This document shows, one piece after another, positions 59,424 through 64,000 of a stretch of DNA of 64,000 bases. Origin of the DNA: a virus (Duplodnaviria > Caudoviricetes); IMG/VR virus record IMGVR_UViG_3300029288_000129, positions 1 to 64,000 of that record; one strand, written 5' to 3'. How positions within the stretch are numbered: the stretch's first letter is position 1; each line of letters opens with the position of its first letter. Both the position numbers and the translations under genes were made by a program. The notes below the pieces were generated by a model that worked only from the letters and a program-made list of their open reading frames with translations, was not told where the DNA came from and did not search any database.

Positions 59424-59828
59424 ATGAGCCGCTACGAAGAACTATTCCCGTATTGGCCGTTCGGCCGCGCCATACTGCCGTTTCTGATCGATTCAATGGG
59501 CCGCGAGATCGACTGTGCCGCGATTATTCCGCTTAAAAACGCTCGTGGTGTGTTTTTTGTTTTGGACAAATCTTGTTTTTACAAACTATGCCAGCAGTAT
59601 ATTCCGCCGGATCATATAAGGACATTTCAGCGTTGCATAGATATGATGATATCTGAAATATATAAGAAGTGTCGTCAAGAGGTGACTGACATTCTTAATC
59701 ATTGCGGATGTGACGCTCTTGGCTCTACCATAGATGTTGCCGCCGAGAAAATGATGTCAAAAATGATTTTGAGCGGCGATCCTCGGGTGAAAACATCATT
59801 GCGACAACACTGTGCATTGGAGGAATAG
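59424..59828 (+). CDS. Hypothetical protein
   Basis: Coupled ORF. Confidence 0.5.
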   Translation: MSRYEELFPYWPFGRAILPFLIDSMGREIDCAAIIPLKNARGVFFVLDKSCFYKLCQQYIPPDHIRTFQRCIDMMISEIYKKCRQEVTDILNHCGCDALGSTIDVAAEKMMSKMILSGDPRVKTSLRQHCALEE

Positions 59829-60127
59829 ATGGTGCCCATTGAACAATTCATTCTGCTTGTCCGTGATTCGTTTGTCGGAGCCGAGCATGTCTATATGAAC
59901 GGGTCATGCTTTTGGTTCGCCAAGATGCTACAGGCTGTTTACGGTGGCACCTTGATGGAGAACCATAGCCATGTCTACCTCAAGATAGACGGGAACTACT
60001 ACGATATCAGAGGCCGCGTTTACCCTTGTTGGTCCGATGGAGAATTGACCGTGGCAATAGAACCGACAAGTCACGGGAAATACGATATGCTTAAAAACTA
60101 CCGAAACATTCTATAGGAGGAGTCTCG

Positions 60128-60796
60128 ATGGCCCATTCAAAGGTTCAGCGTATGACGACACAGTATCGCGGCAAGGAACTGACCGAAATGTTCCGAGCCT
60201 ATGTCGCGGAAGAAAAGGATCTGTTCGAGGCGCACCTGCTGTCGTGGAAGCGCGAGGGCATGGCCGATCTGGTGGCGTGGCTCAACACCACATCGTTTTA
60301 CCGCGACCCCGCTTCGACCCGGTATCATTCGGCGCACGATGCGGGACTTCTGATCCACAGCCTCGGGGTGGCGCATACCTTTAACCGGTTTGTGAAGGAA
60401 AACCCGATATTCGAGATATCGCTGGAAACATCGCTGGTGGCGGGTCTGCTCCACGACCTGTGCAAGATCGGCTGTTACGAGCAAAAGGAGCGGTTCCGTA
60501 AGGACAAGAACGACAGATGGGAGAAGTATCCGGGATACGAGTGGATACCCGAAGCCCTTCCGTTGGGTCACGGCGCGAAGAGCATAGAGATCGCGAGTCG
60601 GTTTATCCGTCTCACCGATCAGGAGAAGATGCTTCTGTTTTGGCACATGGGGCCGAGCACGACCACCGACATCAACGACTTCTACAATGTGTGTTCGCGG
60701 TTCCCCGCCGTCGCCTTCATGCACGCGGCCGACCTTATCCACAGCAAGTGCTTCGAGCCGCAGGAACTGATCGAGCCGTTGGTGGGGGTGCTATGA
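60128..60796 (+). CDS. HD-domain phosphohydrolase
   Basis: PASTRYH, GLLIHS, LLHDLCKIG, GHGAKS, WHMG, HAAD. Confidence 0.88.
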   Translation: MAHSKVQRMTTQYRGKELTEMFRAYVAEEKDLFEAHLLSWKREGMADLVAWLNTTSFYRDPASTRYHSAHDAGLLIHSLGVAHTFNRFVKENPIFEISLETSLVAGLLHDLCKIGCYEQKERFRKDKNDRWEKYPGYEWIPEALPLGHGAKSIEIASRFIRLTDQEKMLLFWHMGPSTTTDINDFYNVCSRFPAVAFMHAADLIHSKCFEPQELIEPLVGVL

Positions 60797-61188
60797 TTCC
60801 GCTATTTAGAGCATGGTGGCCGGAAGAAAAACGGTACTACGATGTTGGTTGTATTGACTGGCGCAACGGGGACATGCGGGTTTTAACGCACAGGGGATAT
60901 GCCCAAGAGTTGATGTCGCCGTCCACCGTCCTTGAACTGTTCACCGGCGTGGTTGACACATCGGTCGAGCGGCGCAAGATATTTGACGGCGATCTGATTC
61001 AGCCCACCACAGCATCCTATCGGATCGTCAAGGTTGTCCGGTTCGTGCCGGATCGTGCCGCGTTTATGATGGCGAATCAAGAAGACATTGAGAAGGATTT
61101 GCTGGACCCATGGCAACCCCTGTCTCAGCGATGGGTGGATGAGTGCAGGGCCGTGGTGATCGGGAACATTCATGGAGTGCCGCTATGA
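60793..61188 (+). CDS. YopX-family protein
   Basis: FRAWW...FTGVVD...IFDGD...VIGNIH. Confidence 0.75.
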   Translation: MIPLFRAWWPEEKRYYDVGCIDWRNGDMRVLTHRGYAQELMSPSTVLELFTGVVDTSVERRKIFDGDLIQPTTASYRIVKVVRFVPDRAAFMMANQEDIEKDLLDPWQPLSQRWVDECRAVVIGNIHGVPL

Positions 61189-61766
61189 AAGCACGCTATC
61201 TCAAAAAACTGCTCAATGACACACGATATATTGTAGCAGATCACGGCAAGTACATCTGTGTCGGATCGCCGCTATGCCACAATCTGATCGCCGTTGACAA
61301 GAACACCATGAAGATCACCTACGCGCTCGACACTTGGCACGAGGGGCGCAAATCCTTGAAGGACAAGGAAGAGTTGGGCCAGATATGGGATACCCTTGCT
61401 GCTCTTATCGCGTCGGGAGAGATGCGGTCGATCATGGACGACAACGATGTACTGGAGCATCCGGTGCCGATCTGGTTCTGGGACTCGGACACCCTCACTG
61501 TGGTGGAGCGGCAGACCGAGCCGGATTCTTTCGAGTGGCCTGCGGTGGCGCATGACGGGACTCAGATATACGAGAACAACGGGTTCCGCACCAGAGCCGA
61601 GGCGGTGGCCTGTGGCGTGCGGAATCTTCGGGCGCGGAAAGAAAACTTTACCGAGCGCGTCGCCGAGAAAAGAGAAGAGATAAAAAAGTACGAGGGATGG
61701 CTTGCCGAGACCGAAGCAGCACTGGCGACACTGTTGCCGGAGTATGTAGAGGAGGAAAAGGTATGA
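61185..61766 (+). CDS. Hypothetical phage protein
   Basis: Start MKARYL with ATGA overlap. Confidence 0.65.
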   Translation: MKARYLKKLLNDTRYIVADHGKYICVGSPLCHNLIAVDKNTMKITYALDTWHEGRKSLKDKEELGQIWDTLAALIASGEMRSIMDDNDVLEHPVPIWFWDSDTLTVVERQTEPDSFEWPAVAHDGTQIYENNGFRTRAEAVACGVRNLRARKENFTERVAEKREEIKKYEGWLAETEAALATLLPEYVEEEKV

Positions 61767-62200
61767 GAAAGATGGGGCTGTATCGGGGCAAGCGGATTGA
61801 TACCAGAGAATGGGTTCATGGATATCTTTTGAAGGACGACAGAGGATGCTTCATAATTCAGGATTGGACCGAATACAATTTCAACAATAGCGATCTTCGT
61901 TGTTCCGGCTTTGCGGTAGATTCCGAAACGGTCGGCGAGTTCAGTGGCGAAACGCTGCGGGGCCGAGACCTCTACGAAGGCGACATTGTGGACAAGGAGA
62001 ATAATCACCCGAGGCGAATGATGATTGCGTTCATCGAGGGAGCATTCTGTCTCGCCGCTGTTGACGAGATACGGGATGACGAGACGGGCCGCGTCCAGTT
62101 TGAGAAAGGTGAGTATGTGATGGGTATCCACTACATCCATCACGCGGGACGAGAACAGGCGGAGATCGTCGGAACCATCCACGATGAGGCAAAGCCATGA
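61763..62200 (+). CDS. YopX-family protein
   Basis: YRGKRIDTREWVHGY...ETVGEF...LYEGDIV...IVGTIHD. Confidence 0.8.
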   Translation: MRKMGLYRGKRIDTREWVHGYLLKDDRGCFIIQDWTEYNFNNSDLRCSGFAVDSETVGEFSGETLRGRDLYEGDIVDKENNHPRRMMIAFIEGAFCLAAVDEIRDDETGRVQFEKGEYVMGIHYIHHAGREQAEIVGTIHDEAKP

Positions 62201-62475
62201 CAATGCTTATAGGAACTCCGCAAACTCCGTATTGCGAAGCCATAGGGCGTAATCCGGGCGAAGAGAAGGGACGCAGCCACCTGTACTATGTGGACAAACG
62301 CGGGAACTACTGGCCGCTCTGCATGTACGGCTGGAACCGGAGCGATGGGGAATCGCTGTCCATATTCCGTGGGCATAGGGGAGATCGGGGACTTTGCAAA
62401 CTCTGCGCGAATGCGCGGGATGCTGGGTCAAAGGGGCTGCGCAAGCCGGTTCCTCACAAAACAAGGTGGTTGTAG
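62197..62475 (+). CDS. Small Cys-containing hypothetical protein
   Basis: Coupled ORF. Confidence 0.55.
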   Translation: MTMLIGTPQTPYCEAIGRNPGEEKGRSHLYYVDKRGNYWPLCMYGWNRSDGESLSIFRGHRGDRGLCKLCANARDAGSKGLRKPVPHKTRWL

Positions 62476-62737
62476 ATCGCGAAGAGGAAACAGGTATGGC
62501 TCGTCACAATAAAGAGTTTCGTACCAAAACGGAGTTGATGGAAGAAAATGTGAGTCTCAAGGAACATATACGCGAGATGCGGATGGCCTTGTCTCAAGTC
62601 ATGGACCTGTGCGCCGGAGCCATCATAGGCAAGAAGAAGTTGCTTGAACTTACGGGGCATACCGATGTGATGTCGTCGATAACGCAAACAGCCTTGTTGA
62701 AGGCGGGGCTAGACGCAAAAGCACGGAGGAAAAAGAC

Positions 62738-63172
62738 ATGACCGCAACGGTAAGAGAAAAAGACACCGCTAAGAAGGTTGTTGTAGATTTCCTTCGTCGC
62801 CACGAACGCGCCTTTGATCGCTCTCCCCACTGCGGCGGCATTCGATTCGACAAACTTGAGGAGAAACCGCTCGAACTTCTTGTCGGATATGTACGGCTGT
62901 ATAATGCGACATTTGAGAAAGACTTTGGTTCTCTGGAGTATGCGTTTCATCAAAGCCTCAAGTATGCCGAGGTGTTTGATATAGTGTCGTCAATCAAGAT
63001 CGAAGTAGTGTATAACAATCCTTCGTATGCGCCGCCGGAAGGAATTGTCTACTATGAGATGGAGTTTACCAATATCGTTGGAGAGGCGAGAGGGGACAGG
63101 CCCGGAGTTTATGATACTGGGTTCACGAAATACGGCAGACTGATATGTTGGGAGGTGCCATGCGAACCGTAA
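62738..63172 (+). CDS. Hypothetical protein
   Basis: Coupled ORF. Confidence 0.55.
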   Translation: MTATVREKDTAKKVVVDFLRRHERAFDRSPHCGGIRFDKLEEKPLELLVGYVRLYNATFEKDFGSLEYAFHQSLKYAEVFDIVSSIKIEVVYNNPSYAPPEGIVYYEMEFTNIVGEARGDRPGVYDTGFTKYGRLICWEVPCEP

Positions 63173-63823
63173 AAGAAATCGTCCGCCAACATCTGGAGCG
63201 CGAGGGCTACGACGGGCTGTTCAATGAGGCCGGTGAGTGCGCCTGTCTCCGCGACGACCTTGCCCCGTGTAACTGCATGACGGAACAATGCGAGGCCGGA
63301 TATCGCGTGGACTGTGCGGACACCGAGTGTGAGTTTGCGAACGAAGGCGGGCATTGGCACATGGTAGACGAGAAGCCGGTGCCGCCATCCGGGTTCATCG
63401 TGGGCGAGAGGTATGTTTTTGTGCGCGAGGAACCGGCGCGTTTTGAAGCGGGGCATGGATTTCCTTGGGGGTCGCAACATCGAGATAACGAAGTACCAAC
63501 CCATTATTTTGAAATCCGCAAGGGCGATATCGGAGTATTGATAAGGGTGGCTGACGATGCGCTACAGATGCGTTTTGACGATACCGAGTATCTGTTGCCG
63601 ATCAGCCTGTATGCCAACTGTTTTAAGACAAAGGAGAAAAACTGATGGACGAACTAAAAAAGATGAGAAACAGGCTGATTTTTCGGTGCATCATGTTTGC
63701 GCTTGGGGTTGCGTTGCAAGTCGCGGGCTTCGTATTGTTGTGGCGGCACGATTCGATGGTTGCTTTAGGTGTCGGGATTTTTCTCTGGGGATACGGATGG
63801 TCGCGACGAGCGGGAGAAAAATA

Positions 63824-64000
63824 ATGCCGACCAAGATCGATTGGTGTGACGAAACGCTGGGCGCGGTGTGGGGCTGCACCCATGCCTGCCCCTACTGCTA
63901 CGGTCACAGCATCGCTCGCCGCTTCGCCGCGCCTATCGCGGCAAAGGAGGCTAAGTATCGGGGTTTGCCGCCGGGTTCGATTTTCGAGACTCTGTTGGCC
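63824..64000 (+). CDS. DUF5131 (Gp37/Gp68 radical-SAM-like) protein, truncated by the window end
   Basis: MPTKIDWCDET...GCTHACPYCY (CxxxCxxC). Confidence 0.8.
   Translation, partial: MPTKIDWCDETLGAVWGCTHACPYCYGHSIARRFAAPIAAKEAKYRGLPPGSIFETLLA

Noticed and set aside
1-64000. Alternative genetic code, tRNA/rRNA genes, DGR or retron reverse transcriptase
   Set aside because: Genes tile densely in the standard code; no tRNA-like ends, rRNA or RT motifs were noticed by eye, though an automated scan was not possible.

Overview
The window is a 64-kb segment of a large tailed-phage genome, probably with a contractile tail; no host housekeeping, rRNA or tRNA genes were recognised. From about 3.8 to 42.6 kb it holds mostly minus-strand virion genes: spike, hub/lytic transglycosylase, tail fibre, three very large modular putative head-internal proteins, a tail chaperone with a -1 frameshift, and a neck protein. 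These are interrupted by accessory blocks, two plus-strand islets and a solo TnpB. From 42.8 to 64 kb a plus-strand arm carries a lambdoid DUF1376/DnaC replication module with iterons, DNA methyltransferases, RdgC, Bet, a PD-(D/E)XK exonuclease, an HD hydrolase, YopX proteins and DUF5131. The standout is at 57.5-58.5 kb: a small RAMP/Cas7-like gene followed directly by a non-coding array of five units built from 61 phased GG(C/A/T)NN pentamers, with variable NN positions and conserved 14-15 nt linkers. This looks like a CRISPR-independent RNA-guided system and resembles my recollection of the recently reported VIPR architecture. Family assignments come from motif recognition only; no searches were run.
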